From: Thermoanaerobaculia bacterium
GTDB taxonomy: Bacteria > Acidobacteriota > Thermoanaerobaculia > Multivoradales > JAHEKO01
DNA length: 64,000 bases
Direction of reading: 5' to 3'
NCBI GenBank assembly: GCA_041394745.1
Contig: JAWKHP010000003.1
Location: forward strand, 29,110 to 93,109
The position numbers and the translations under genes were made by a program. This document shows, piece by piece, positions 1-8,874 of this stretch; the stretch's first letter is position 1, and each line of letters opens with the position of its first letter. The notes beneath the pieces were generated by a model. That model saw only the letters and a program-made list of their open reading frames with translations, had not been told where the DNA came from and searched no databases.

Positions 1-259
1 CGACGAACCCCGCCAACCAGGTGCGCAGGCGCGAGCGTCCGGCGAACCCCTCCAGCCGCTGAACGGCTCGGATCCACGCCTCCTGCACGGCTTCCTCCGC
101 CTCGTCGGCCCGGCCGCCGGCCAGACGCAGGGCGAGGCAGTGCAGGTAAGGAGTGTGGGCGCGGTAGAGGGAGCGGAAGGCGCCTTCGGAACGCTCGCGC
201 AGGTAGCGCTCGACGAGCGTGCGGTCGTCTGCTCCCTGCGTCTCTTGTTCCCGGTTCAC
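1..259 (-). CDS. ECF-type RNA polymerase sigma factor, partial (N-terminal region 2 only; C-terminus lies beyond the window start)
   Basis: The reverse complement of 1-259 reads VNREQETQGADDRTLVERYLRERSEGAFRSLYRAHTPYLHCLALRLAGGRADEAEEAVQEAWIRAVQRLEGFAGRSRLRTWLAGFV, a typical sigma-70 region 2 with a GTG start (forward 'cac' at 257-259). It is not in the ORF track because it runs off the window edge. Confidence 0.55.
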   Translation of the reverse strand, partial: MNREQETQGADDRTLVERYLRERSEGAFRSLYRAHTPYLHCLALRLAGGRADEAEEAVQEAWIRAVQRLEGFAGRSRLRTWLAGFV

Positions 260-364
260 CGACGGCCCCCTCCCTCCTGAGTGACGCCGGCCGGCAAAAA
301 GGTTCGGATCGAACCTTCCGGGCCCCTCGCGTCACTCAGTTGCCGAACCGAAGAGGAGATCTCC

Positions 365-1003
365 ATGCGCCCGATTCCGTCCGCCCCGTCCGCCCTGCTC
401 GCCCTCGTCGCGATCACCTGCGCCGCCCCCTCCGCCGGGGAGTGGAAGCCCGAGCCCCTCTCCCGTGCCGACGAGACCGCAGCGGCGCTCGAAGCCTGCC
501 CGTCGGTCCTGCGCGAGCAGGCGGGCGTCTACGTCCTGACCGGGGAAGGGTACGAGCTTGCACGGCCCAGCGGCAACGGCTTCCACGCCGTCGTCGAGCG
601 CAGCCAGCCGGACGCCTTCGAGCCGCAGTGCCTCGATGCCGAGGGGTCGCGCACGACACTGCAGGAGATCCTCCTGCGCGGGGAGCTGCAGATGAGCGGC
701 CGCTCGACCGAGGAGATCCGCGCCGAGCTCGGCGCCGCCTGGCGAGAGGGTCGCCTGCAGGCGCCCGGGAGGCCCGGGATCAACTACATGCTCTCCGAGC
801 GCAACCGCGTCCCGATCTCGCCCGACCAGGTCATCTCGTACCAGCCCCACGTCATGTTCTACGCCCCGTACCTGACCGACGCCGACATCGGCGGCGACCC
901 GCGCGGCGGCGGCAGCCCCGTCTTCGTCGTCAACCAGGGCGCCCCGTCGGCCTACGTCATCGTGCCGGTGGGGCATGCTGACGAGGGCGGCTCGGCGCAC
1001 TGA
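365..1003 (+). CDS. hypothetical secreted protein with an N-terminal signal peptide
   Basis: It lies inside ORF 281..1003. The internal ATG at 365 gives MRPIPSAPSALLALVAITCAAPSAGEW, a signal-peptide-like start. Composition is protein-like and it is divergent from the ECF sigma gene. Confidence 0.5.
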   Translation: MRPIPSAPSALLALVAITCAAPSAGEWKPEPLSRADETAAALEACPSVLREQAGVYVLTGEGYELARPSGNGFHAVVERSQPDAFEPQCLDAEGSRTTLQEILLRGELQMSGRSTEEIRAELGAAWREGRLQAPGRPGINYMLSERNRVPISPDQVISYQPHVMFYAPYLTDADIGGDPRGGGSPVFVVNQGAPSAYVIVPVGHADEGGSAH

Positions 1004-1014
1004 GGAGTGGAGGA

Positions 1015-1290
1015 GTGACAGCCGTTCGGCTCCGGGATACGGTGAGCCCCATGAGGACGGTCGTCGATCTCCCCGGTCCACTGCTCGAACGTGCCCGGAA
1101 GAGGGCGCGCCGGGACGGAGTGACGCTCGAGCAGCTCCTCGTCGTCTTGCTGCAACGCGAGATCGAGAAGCGCGAGCGCCAAGCCGAAGCGCCCTCTCGC
1201 CTCGACGAGCTCGTCGTTTGCGGCCATGGCGTGGCCTCCGAGGTCCGGGAAGGCGATTGGTTCGACCTGATCTACCCTCTGGCCGGCTGA
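1015..1290 (+). CDS. ribbon-helix-helix (CopG/VapB-like) antitoxin-like DNA-binding protein
   Basis: ORF 1015..1290. The segment MRTVVDLPGPLLERARKRARRDGVTLEQLLVVLLQREIEKRER matches the RHH antitoxin pattern. The alternative start is the Met at 1051. Confidence 0.45.
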   Translation: MTAVRLRDTVSPMRTVVDLPGPLLERARKRARRDGVTLEQLLVVLLQREIEKRERQAEAPSRLDELVVCGHGVASEVREGDWFDLIYPLAG

Positions 1291-1307
1291 CCGGCCGGCC
1301 GCCACGG

Positions 1308-1925
1308 ATGAGCGGGCTCGCGCACGGCTCTGAGCTGGACGCCTTCATGCCGCTTCCGGACGTGCGGGAACGCTTCGAGACGATGGTGGGAGCGCCGCCG
1401 GAGCTGGTACTCGACGTGGCTGTGGAGTTCGACCTCCAATCGTTGGCCGCCGTCCGGGCTCTGATCAGGACGCGAGCGATCATCCTGCGGGCGCCGAAGG
1501 CGGAGCCGCGGAGGGCCCGGGGTCTGCTGGCGGAGACGCTCGGTCTCGGCTGGGGGCTGCTGGTCGAAGAGCCGGGTCGGTTCGTCGTCTGCGGTGCGGC
1601 GTGCAGACCGTGGGAGGGAGATCCAGGCTTCGAGCCGATCCCACCGGACCGTTTCGCGGAGTGGTCGCAGCCCTGCCGGGAGAAGATCGCCTGGAGCCTC
1701 GAGGCGCAACCGCTGGCCCCGACCCGCACTCGATTCGCGCACGAAGTCCGGGCGGTCGCCACCGACGAGGAGGGCCGGCGCCGCTTTCGTCGCTACTGGC
1801 GCTGGGCTCGCTTCGGGATCATCGGCATCCGTCTCCTCCTCCTACCGGCTATCCGCCGCGAGGCCGAGCGCCGGTGGTCCACATCCGGCGCTGGAGGGCG
1901 TGACGTCAGCCTTCCCGGTGCCTGA
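1308..1925 (+). CDS. hypothetical protein of about 205 aa immediately downstream of the RHH gene
   Basis: The in-frame ATG at 1308 sits within ORF 975..1925. The sequence from MSGLAHGSELDAFMPLPDVRERFETMV onward is protein-like with no recognisable catalytic motif. It lies 17 nt after the RHH gene. Confidence 0.4.
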   Translation: MSGLAHGSELDAFMPLPDVRERFETMVGAPPELVLDVAVEFDLQSLAAVRALIRTRAIILRAPKAEPRRARGLLAETLGLGWGLLVEEPGRFVVCGAACRPWEGDPGFEPIPPDRFAEWSQPCREKIAWSLEAQPLAPTRTRFAHEVRAVATDEEGRRRFRRYWRWARFGIIGIRLLLLPAIRREAERRWSTSGAGGRDVSLPGA

Positions 1926-2319
1926 GGTGGAGGAGTCGGAGACAGAAGAGCAGGCTCGTGGTCGGCAAGAGAGCCAGCGGCCAGGCGAGGAGCACCGTCG
2001 CAGGCACGCCGATGGCTGCGGCCGACGCGCCTGCGATCAGACTCAGATCGATCCACGTCGAGGGCCTCGACGTTGCGTCGGTCGAGGAGCGAACGACGGC
2101 GGTGACGTAGCCGGGCGCAGAGAGCAAGCCGAGCGCAGCCGCGGCTCCGATCAGCCAGAAGGGCCAGTGCCTCTCCCCGGGATGGACCAGCTCGTACGGC
2201 AACACCTCGGTCACGATGGGGAGCGCGAGGGCCCAGGCGAGAAGGGGAACGGCGCAGTACACCGTGTTCGCGAGACAGCGCCCGAGCGTGAGCGAGGGGG
2301 CGGGGCTCAGTTCGGGCAC
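1906..2319 (-). CDS. small hydrophobic membrane protein (about 137 aa, non-ATG start)
   Basis: The C-terminal part of minus ORF 1906..3201 is strongly hydrophobic (AVPLLAWALALPIVTEVL...WLIGAAAALGLLSAPGYV...LIAGASAAAIGVPATVLLAWPLALL). There is no Met, so a GTG start near 2319 is assumed. Confidence 0.3.
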   Translation of the reverse strand: MPELSPAPSLTLGRCLANTVYCAVPLLAWALALPIVTEVLPYELVHPGERHWPFWLIGAAAALGLLSAPGYVTAVVRSSTDATSRPSTWIDLSLIAGASAAAIGVPATVLLAWPLALLPTTSLLFCLRLLHLRHREG

Positions 2320-2457
2320 GGGACGATCTCCGCGGGTTCGCTGGGCACTTCCCGGCGACCGGGGCCGCGAGAAAACCCAGGAGAATCGCCGTCGAAGCCC
2401 GGAGAGCCCGCGCTGTCGGTGGTCACCGCGCCAGCCTACAGAAGCTCGCGGTCGGGT

Positions 2458-3201
2458 CAGGCCCGCCTGGGTGCGAAAGCGGCCAGCATCTCTCCGGCCG
2501 AGGGTGGGTCGAGGACGTAGCGGTCGGCGAATGTGCGGGCGGGCGTCGGGGTAGGGGTGGCGGCGATGCGCTCGGCGGCGGCCTCGAGGGTCGTAGTCGG
2601 TGTGGCGGGGCTCGACCTTCGGGCCCAGCAGGAGCCAGTCGGCGCCGGGGGGACCGAAGGGCATGCCGATGCTGCCGGCGTTGACGACGCGGACGCCGCC
2701 GATGGTGCGGTCGAAGGGCATGTGGGTGTGGCCGCAGACGACGAGGTCGACGTCGAGGTCCGAGAAGAGGGGGAGGAGATCCTCCTCCGGGGTGAGGCGG
2801 GTGAAGATCTGCGTGTCGCTCGTCGGCGTGGCGTGGCAGAAGAGCACGCGGCCGAGCTCGGGGATCTCCAGGGTCACGGTCGGCGGCCAGCCGGCGACGC
2901 CGTCGAGATCGGCGGGGGAGAGCCAGCCCGCGGTCCAGCGGATCACCTGGCGCACCGCGGCCGGGACGGCCGGCACGCGGCCCTCGCGCTCGGCCAGCAC
3001 CGCCGACTCGCCATTGCCGTGGAGCGCCTCGACCGGCAGGTCGAGCTCGCGCAGCGCGGCGAAGCACTCGCGCGGCATCGGCCCCGGCACGACGTCGCCG
3101 CCGACGACCACCCGATCGACGTGGGCCTCGCGCACCTGCTCGAGCACGGCCTCGAGGGCGGGGAGGTTGCCGTGGATGTCGTAGAGGGCGGCGACGCGCA
3201 T
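2458..3201 (-). CDS. calcineurin-like metallophosphoesterase with an apparent single-base frameshift near 2608-2612
   Basis: The N-terminal 197 aa are intact (MRVAALYDIHGNLPALEAV...VVGGDVV...LHGNGE...CGHTHMPFDR...VNAGSIG) up to ...HTDYD. Shifting one base at 'gactacgaCCCtcgagg' gives a protein-like tail LEAAAERIAATPTPTPARTFADRYVLDPPSAGEMLAAFAPRRA and a stop (forward tca) at 2458-2460. Confidence 0.6.
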
Positions 3202-3256
3202 CGGAGGCCGACTCTATCGGGCCGCTTCCGGACACCCGGCGGAGGCCGGGGGTAGC

Positions 3257-4366
3257 ATGTGCGCCGTGGACCGCTTCGCGCCGCTTCGCCGTCCGTCGAC
3301 CCTCGCCGCGCTCCTCCTCTTCGTCGCTTCCTCGGCGGTGGCCGACGGTCGCTTCGACGCCTTCGGCGAGCTCCTCGCCGCCTTCCGGACGCAGAACGCG
3401 ATACCCGCGCTGGTGGCCGTCGTGGTCGAGGACGGCGCGATCGCCTGGGAGTCCGCGTGGGGGACGGCGGACGACGAGGGCGAGGTGCCGGCGACGCCCG
3501 ACACGGTGTTCTGGATCGCGTCGGTGACCAAGCCGCTGGCGGCCACCGCGATCCTGGCCGAGGCGGCGGCCGGCCGGCTCTCGCCGGCGACACCGCTCTC
3601 CGCGGACCCCGGCTGGGCGGAGACGTGCGAGTGGCTGCGTGGTACACGGATCCCGTTCGGCGGCGGCACCACGCTCGAGGACGGCACGGTGCTGCCGCCG
3701 GTGGCCTGCGACCGGGAGCTGACGATCCGCGACGCGCTCGACATGAAGGTGAACGGCCCCGCCGGCCACGGCTTCGTCTACAACCCGATCGTCTACGCGC
3801 GCCTCGACCGCGTGATCGAGGGTGCTGGCGGCCGCCCGCTGCGCGAGATCGTGCGCGAGCGCGTGGTCGACCCCGCGGGCATGCGCGACACCGCGCTCGG
3901 CTGGCGCGACCCGGACGGCGGCGCCGCCCTGCGCCTGCTGGCGCCGCCCTTCGCCCTCGACGAGGAGGGCCGCCCGCAGAAGGCCCCCTTCCCCGACGAC
4001 GACTTCCGCGCCGCCGCCGGCGTCTACACCTCGGCCCGCCAGCTCGCCCGCTTCGACATCGCCTTCGACTCCGATGCCCTGCTCCCACCCGAGGTCCGCG
4101 CCGAGATCGTCGACGCTCCCGAGGGCTACTCCTCCGGCTGGTTCCACCAGACCTGGGACGGCCACCGCCTCCTCTGGCACTCCGGCTGGGAGCCCGACGC
4201 CTACTCGGCCCTCTACCTCAAGGTCCCCGACGAGCACCTCACCCTCATTCTCCTGGCCAACACCGAGGGCCTCTGGTGGGGCAACTCCCTGGTGCGTGCG
4301 GAGGTCGAGAAGAGCCCCCTGGCGGCGGCCTTCCTCGCCGCGTTCGTCGAGCCGGCCGGCGAGTGA
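3257..4366 (+). CDS. beta-lactamase-fold serine hydrolase (class C/PBP-like), secreted
   Basis: ORF 3257..4366 has a signal-like N-terminus, the SVTK (SxxK) active-site motif within FWIASVTKPLAATAIL, and a length of about 370 aa. Confidence 0.7.
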   Translation: MCAVDRFAPLRRPSTLAALLLFVASSAVADGRFDAFGELLAAFRTQNAIPALVAVVVEDGAIAWESAWGTADDEGEVPATPDTVFWIASVTKPLAATAILAEAAAGRLSPATPLSADPGWAETCEWLRGTRIPFGGGTTLEDGTVLPPVACDRELTIRDALDMKVNGPAGHGFVYNPIVYARLDRVIEGAGGRPLREIVRERVVDPAGMRDTALGWRDPDGGAALRLLAPPFALDEEGRPQKAPFPDDDFRAAAGVYTSARQLARFDIAFDSDALLPPEVRAEIVDAPEGYSSGWFHQTWDGHRLLWHSGWEPDAYSALYLKVPDEHLTLILLANTEGLWWGNSLVRAEVEKSPLAAAFLAAFVEPAGE

Positions 4367-4662
4367 CGGAGTCCCGCCCGACCCGCCGTCAGGAGGTCAC
4401 CGACCTGCTGCGCCAGGGCGAGTGGAGCGTCGACGCTCTGCGCCGCGAGCTCGAGGTTCCCGTCCACGTCCTCGAGGAGGACCTCGCCCACATCGCCAAG
4501 AGCGTCCGCGCCGAGGGCCGGCGCCTCCGCATCGACCCCGCCCGCTGCCCGCAGTGCGGTTTCACCCTCCGCCCCCCGCGGCCGGGCAGCATCCACCCGC
4601 CCAGCCGCTGCCCCCGCTGCCGCAACGAGCGGCTCGAGGGTCCGTGGCTGCGGGTTCTCTAG
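4363..4662 (+). CDS. small HTH plus zinc-ribbon putative regulator (COG3357-like)
   Basis: A GTG at 4363 overlaps the upstream stop. The product reads VTDLLRQGEWSVDALRRELEVPVHVLEEDLAHIAKSV...CPQCGF...CPRCRN, giving two CxxC pairs. Confidence 0.4.
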   Translation: MTESRPTRRQEVTDLLRQGEWSVDALRRELEVPVHVLEEDLAHIAKSVRAEGRRLRIDPARCPQCGFTLRPPRPGSIHPPSRCPRCRNERLEGPWLRVL

Positions 4663-4823
4663 TCGCGGACGTCGCGCAGCGTCCCGGCGGCGCAGCGGTG
4701 GAGGATGCTGGCGATCAGGGGCCGGTAGGGAAGCGATAACATCGCCCGCGGCCCGACTGACAGTCGAGCCGGCCAGGCGGCCGGCGAGGTAGGACGAGCG
4801 AGTGGAAGCCACGCTTCGCTCGC

Positions 4824-5858
4824 ATGAGGGACTCGATGCCGGCGGCGACTTCGGAAGAGGCTGAGGCGGTCGTTCGGGAGGACCGCGAGGTCCACGACTT
4901 CACGCCCAAGCTGACAATGTGGTGGGCGCGGGCGGCCCTCCTTGTCCTTGGGATGGTTTCCTCCGAGGTCCTGCTCTGGCAGATCGTCTTCCTCCCCTCG
5001 GACTGGGGGAACTGGGCCCACCTCCTCATGGCGGTCCTGCTGGTGGTGAACTTTCCGCCCTACGTGCGACCTCCCGGCCGCGCCCTCTGGCGCGTGACGG
5101 GTGAAGGTTTCTGGAGTCTCTCGGGCCGGCCCCGTCTGCTGATCGCCGCCGAGGACATCGCGGGGACCTGGCCCAGCGAGGAGAAGAGCCGGGGCGTGGC
5201 CGCCGGCGCGAGCCATTACTTCTTTGTTTCGGGTCGCGATGGGGCGAAGGGAATCGCCCTCCACTACGGAGACCTGGCCGAGAACGAGCGCCGGGAGCTC
5301 GAGCGGTGCCTCAGCGAGGTGGCCGACCTCGCTTCGCGCGAGGCGAACCACAGCTCCGGACCGGATGCCCCGCGGCTGTTCTACCGCGCTCGCGTCCGCC
5401 ACGAACCGGGGTTCTACCGACCGGCGCTCCTGGTTGCAAGCTGGATCGGTGTTCAGGGACTGGTCTTGCAGTCGATCGAAAGCGGTGTGGGTTGGCGGGC
5501 CGGGCTCTGGCTCCTCCCGCTCGTCTTGCTCCTGATCGGCCGGGCGCTCTGGAAGCGCCGGCGGCACACCCGGCCCGACCCGGTGGTGCGTGTCGACGAA
5601 GCCGGTGTGTGGCTGCTCCGCGGCGAGCCCGCTCCGCGGCTCGTCCTGCGGGCCGACGACGTCTCCCAGGTGCTCTGGGGCGGGCCGAAGATGGCGATCA
5701 AGCGGCGGGACGGGTCGACGTTGCACCTGGGGGTGGGGCGGCTGGCGCGACCGGATCAGGAGGACCTGGAGAGGCGGATCCGCGGGTTCGCGGAGGGCGG
5801 GCAGCGGCGGGAGGTAGAGTACGCGGACGGTGACCACGAACCGAACGGAGCCGAACCC
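4824..5858 (+). CDS. membrane protein (two TM segments plus a PH-like cytoplasmic region); the 3' end is ambiguous
   Basis: ORF 4824..6968 is protein-like up to ...EVEYADGDHEPNGAEP. It then runs without a stop into the S8 peptidase region, so the true stop is probably in another frame (TAG at 5815, TGA at 5831). Confidence 0.45.
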
Positions 5859-7296
5859 ATGAGACTCGGAGCTGTTGCCGTCGTTGCGCGACCCTCGTCC
5901 TCGCCGCCACCGGTCCCGCTGCGCCGCTGTGGCCGCGATCTGGGAGGGCGGCACTTCGAACGCCGGGGGACCGGTTGGCTGCAGGTCGAGGCCGACGAGC
6001 TCGTTCGAGGTGCCCGCGGGTGCTCACGGTGCGGTTCCGCGACGGGGTGGAGCGCGCGGCGCAGGATGCGGTGCTGGCCCAGCTCGGCGGCGTCGAGCTG
6101 CGCCGGGCGATCACCGGTTCGTGGACGTCGAGATCGCCGAGGGGCGCGACGTCCTCGACGCCGTGGCGGCCTTCGCGGCCCGCCCGGAGATCGCGGTGGC
6201 CGAGGCCAACACCTTCGGCGCCTACGCGCTGATCCCCAACGACACCCTCTACGGCAGCGAGTGGCACCTGCCTCAGATGCAGGTCGACGACGCCTGGGAC
6301 GTGACCACCGGCTCGACCCAGATCGTCGTCGCGGTGCTCGACTCCGGGACCGAGTTCACCCACGAGGACCTCGGCCTCGGGGTCGACGGCTACCGCAACG
6401 TCTGGCTCAACCCGGGCGAGGACGCCTGGTCGGATCCGACGAACCCGGCCACCGGCAACGGGGTCGACGACGACGGCAACGGCTTCATCGACGACTGGCA
6501 GGGTTGGGACTTCAACAACGGCAACAACGACCCGGCCGGGACCTTCTTCCACGGGACGGCGGTGGCCGGCGTCATCTCCGCGAAGACCAACAACAACCGC
6601 GGTGTTGCGGGAGTGGCGGGGGGCAACGGCGCGCCGGGCGTGAAGGTGCTCCTGGCCGGTGTCGGCGACAGCGCTCCCAACGGCGCCATCCTGGACGACG
6701 CCATCCTGTACGCGGCCGACAGCGGCGCCAGGATCATCCAGCTCAGCCTCACCGTCGGTCAGAGCTCGGCCATCGACGCCGCGCTGGCCATGGCCTACGA
6801 CACGTTCGGCCTGACGATCATCTGCTCGTCCGGCAACGGCGGGACCTCGAGCGTCGGCTACCCGAGCTCCGACTCGCACGTCATGGCCATCGGTTCGACG
6901 GGCATGACCGACCAGAAGAGCAGCTTCTCCCAGTACGGCGTGCTTCTGGAGCTGGCCGCCCCGGGTGAGGGGATCTGGATGCTCGACCTCAACGACGGCT
7001 ACGGGCCGAGCTCGGGCACGTCCTTCTCCTCGCCCAACACCTCGGGCACGGCGGCGCTGGTGCTGAGTCTCGCTCCGACGATGACCAACGCCCAGCTGCG
7101 CCAGCTGCTGCACGACACCGCGGCCAAGGTCGGCGGCTACAACTACAACTGGAACCCCGGCATGCCGGGCCACTCCATGGAGCTGGGCTACGGCCGGGTC
7201 GACGCGCTGGCCGCCGTTCAGGCGGTCCAGGCGCCGATCTTCGAGGACGGATTCGAGAGCGGCGACACCAGCGCGTGGACCACGTCGGCTCCCTAA
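5859..7296 (+). CDS. subtilisin-like S8 serine peptidase with an I9-type propeptide; the N-terminal quarter is split over three frames
   Basis: The catalytic triad is visible (VAVLDSGTE for Asp, HGTAVAG for His, GTSFSSP for Ser) in ORF 5875..7296. Propeptide pieces RVLTVRFRDGVERAAQDAVLAQLGGVELRRAITGS (frame of 5975..6232) and FVDVEIAEGRDVLDAVAAFAARPEIAVAEAN (frame of 5875) imply about two single-base indels near 6030 and 6118. The C-terminus ends ...APIFEDGFESGDTSAWTTSAP*. Confidence 0.65.
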
Positions 7297-7307
7297 GGCG
7301 GTCGACG

Positions 7308-8821
7308 GTGAGGCTCGCACTCGCTCTGCTCGCCCTCCTCGCCGGAAGCGTCGCGCCGTCGCGCGCGGCCGACCCGGCGGCCGAGCTCGATGCCTATACG
7401 GCCGCCGCGGTCGATGCCTGGGAGGTCCCCGGTCTGGCGATCGCCGTCGTCAAGGACGGCGAGCCCGTCTTCGAGCGCGGCTACGGCGTGCGCGAGCTGG
7501 GCCGCGAGGAGCCCGTCGATGCCGACACGCTCTTCGCGATCGGCTCGACGACCAAGGCCATGACGGCCGCCACGGTCGCCCTCCAGGTCGATGCCGGACG
7601 GCTCGGATGGAACGACCGCGTCGAGGAGAAGCTCCCCTGGTTCGAGCTCTCTGACCCGTGGGCGAGCCGGGAGCTGACCGTACGCGATCTCCTCACCCAC
7701 CGCGCCGGCCTCGGCAACGTCGACCTGCTCTGGTATGGAGCCGACCGCACCCGGCGCGAGATCCTCGAGAAGATGGCCGCCGTCGAGCCCGCCTACTCGA
7801 TGCGCGACGGCTTCGTCTACCAGAACATCCTCTACGTGGCGGCCGGCGAGGTGGCGGCGGCTGCCGCCGGCAAGAGTTGGGAGGAGCTGCTGGTGGGGGG
7901 CCTCCTCGAGCCGCTCGGCATGGACCGCACCGTCGTCACCGTCGGCGACACGACGGCGATGGACGACGTGGCCAGCCCGCACGACGAGGTCGCCGGCACG
8001 CTGACCGTGATCGAGAACGCCCGCTTCGACAGCATGGGCCCGGCGGGCACCGTCTGGTCGAGCGTCCACGACATGTCGCTGTGGCTGCGCATGCTGCTGG
8101 CCGAGGGACGGGTGGGAGAGACGCAGGTGCTGACGGAGGCGTCGGTGGCCGAGCTGCTGCGGCCGCAGACCCTGCTCGACCTCTCGCAGCTCTACCCCGA
8201 CGTCGAGCTCCTGGCACCGCACTGGACGAGCTACGGTCTCGGCTGGTTCCAGCTCGACTACCGCGGTCGCGCCGTCTCGTTCCACACCGGCTCGATCGAC
8301 GGCATGTCGGCGATCGTGGGGATGGTGCCCGACGAGGACCTCGGCGTCGTCGTTCTCGCCAACCGCGATCACGCCGAGGTGCGTCACGCCCTGCTCTGGA
8401 AGGCACTCGACCTCTGGGGCGGGGAGGCCGACGGTCGCGACTGGAGCACCGAGCTCATGGCCCTCTACGATGGGCTCGCGGCCGAAGCGGAGACGCGGCG
8501 TGCGGAGCGCGACGAGGCGCGCGTGACCGGGACCTCTCCGACCCTGCCGTTGAGCGACTATGTGGGCGTCTACTCGAACCCCCTATACGACGACGTCGAG
8601 GTCGTCGAGCGCGACGGGGGTCTGGCCCTGATCCTCGGCCGACCCTGGCCGGAACGCTCGAGCATTGGCACTACGACACCTTCCGGCTGGCCTTCGACCG
8701 CGCCTGGCGCGGCGACGCCCTGGTCACGTTCACCGTCGGCCCCGACGCCCGGCCGGATCGCCTGGAAGCCCTCGACCTCGCCTTCGAGAGACGGCCCGCG
8801 CCCGAGCGGGCACCCGAGTGA
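7308..8821 (+). CDS. beta-lactamase-fold serine hydrolase with a C-terminal lipocalin-like domain; apparent frameshift near 8640
   Basis: A GTG start gives the signal peptide VRLALALLALLAGSVAPSRAADP, and the STTK motif is present. After ...LALILG the frame continues in ORF 7658..8821 (TLAGTLEHWHYDTFRLAFDRAWRGDALVTFTVGPDARPDRLEALDLAFE...). Confidence 0.65.
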
Positions 8822-8874
8822 AGCGCGTCGCGGGCGGCTGACCTCGCCCGCCGCCTGGGCTACGATTCGGGGCA

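Noticed and set aside
332-4237. Long minus-strand ORFs 332..1762, 2423..4237 and 2943..4088 (476-604 aa)
   Set aside because: Their translations are Arg/Pro/Gly/Ala-rich and overlap better-supported plus-strand genes (secreted protein, beta-lactamase-like hydrolase). They are typical high-GC antisense artefacts.
5698-7320. A 540-aa minus ORF opposite the S8 peptidase
   Set aside because: It is antisense to a gene with a clear catalytic triad, and its translation is low-complexity.
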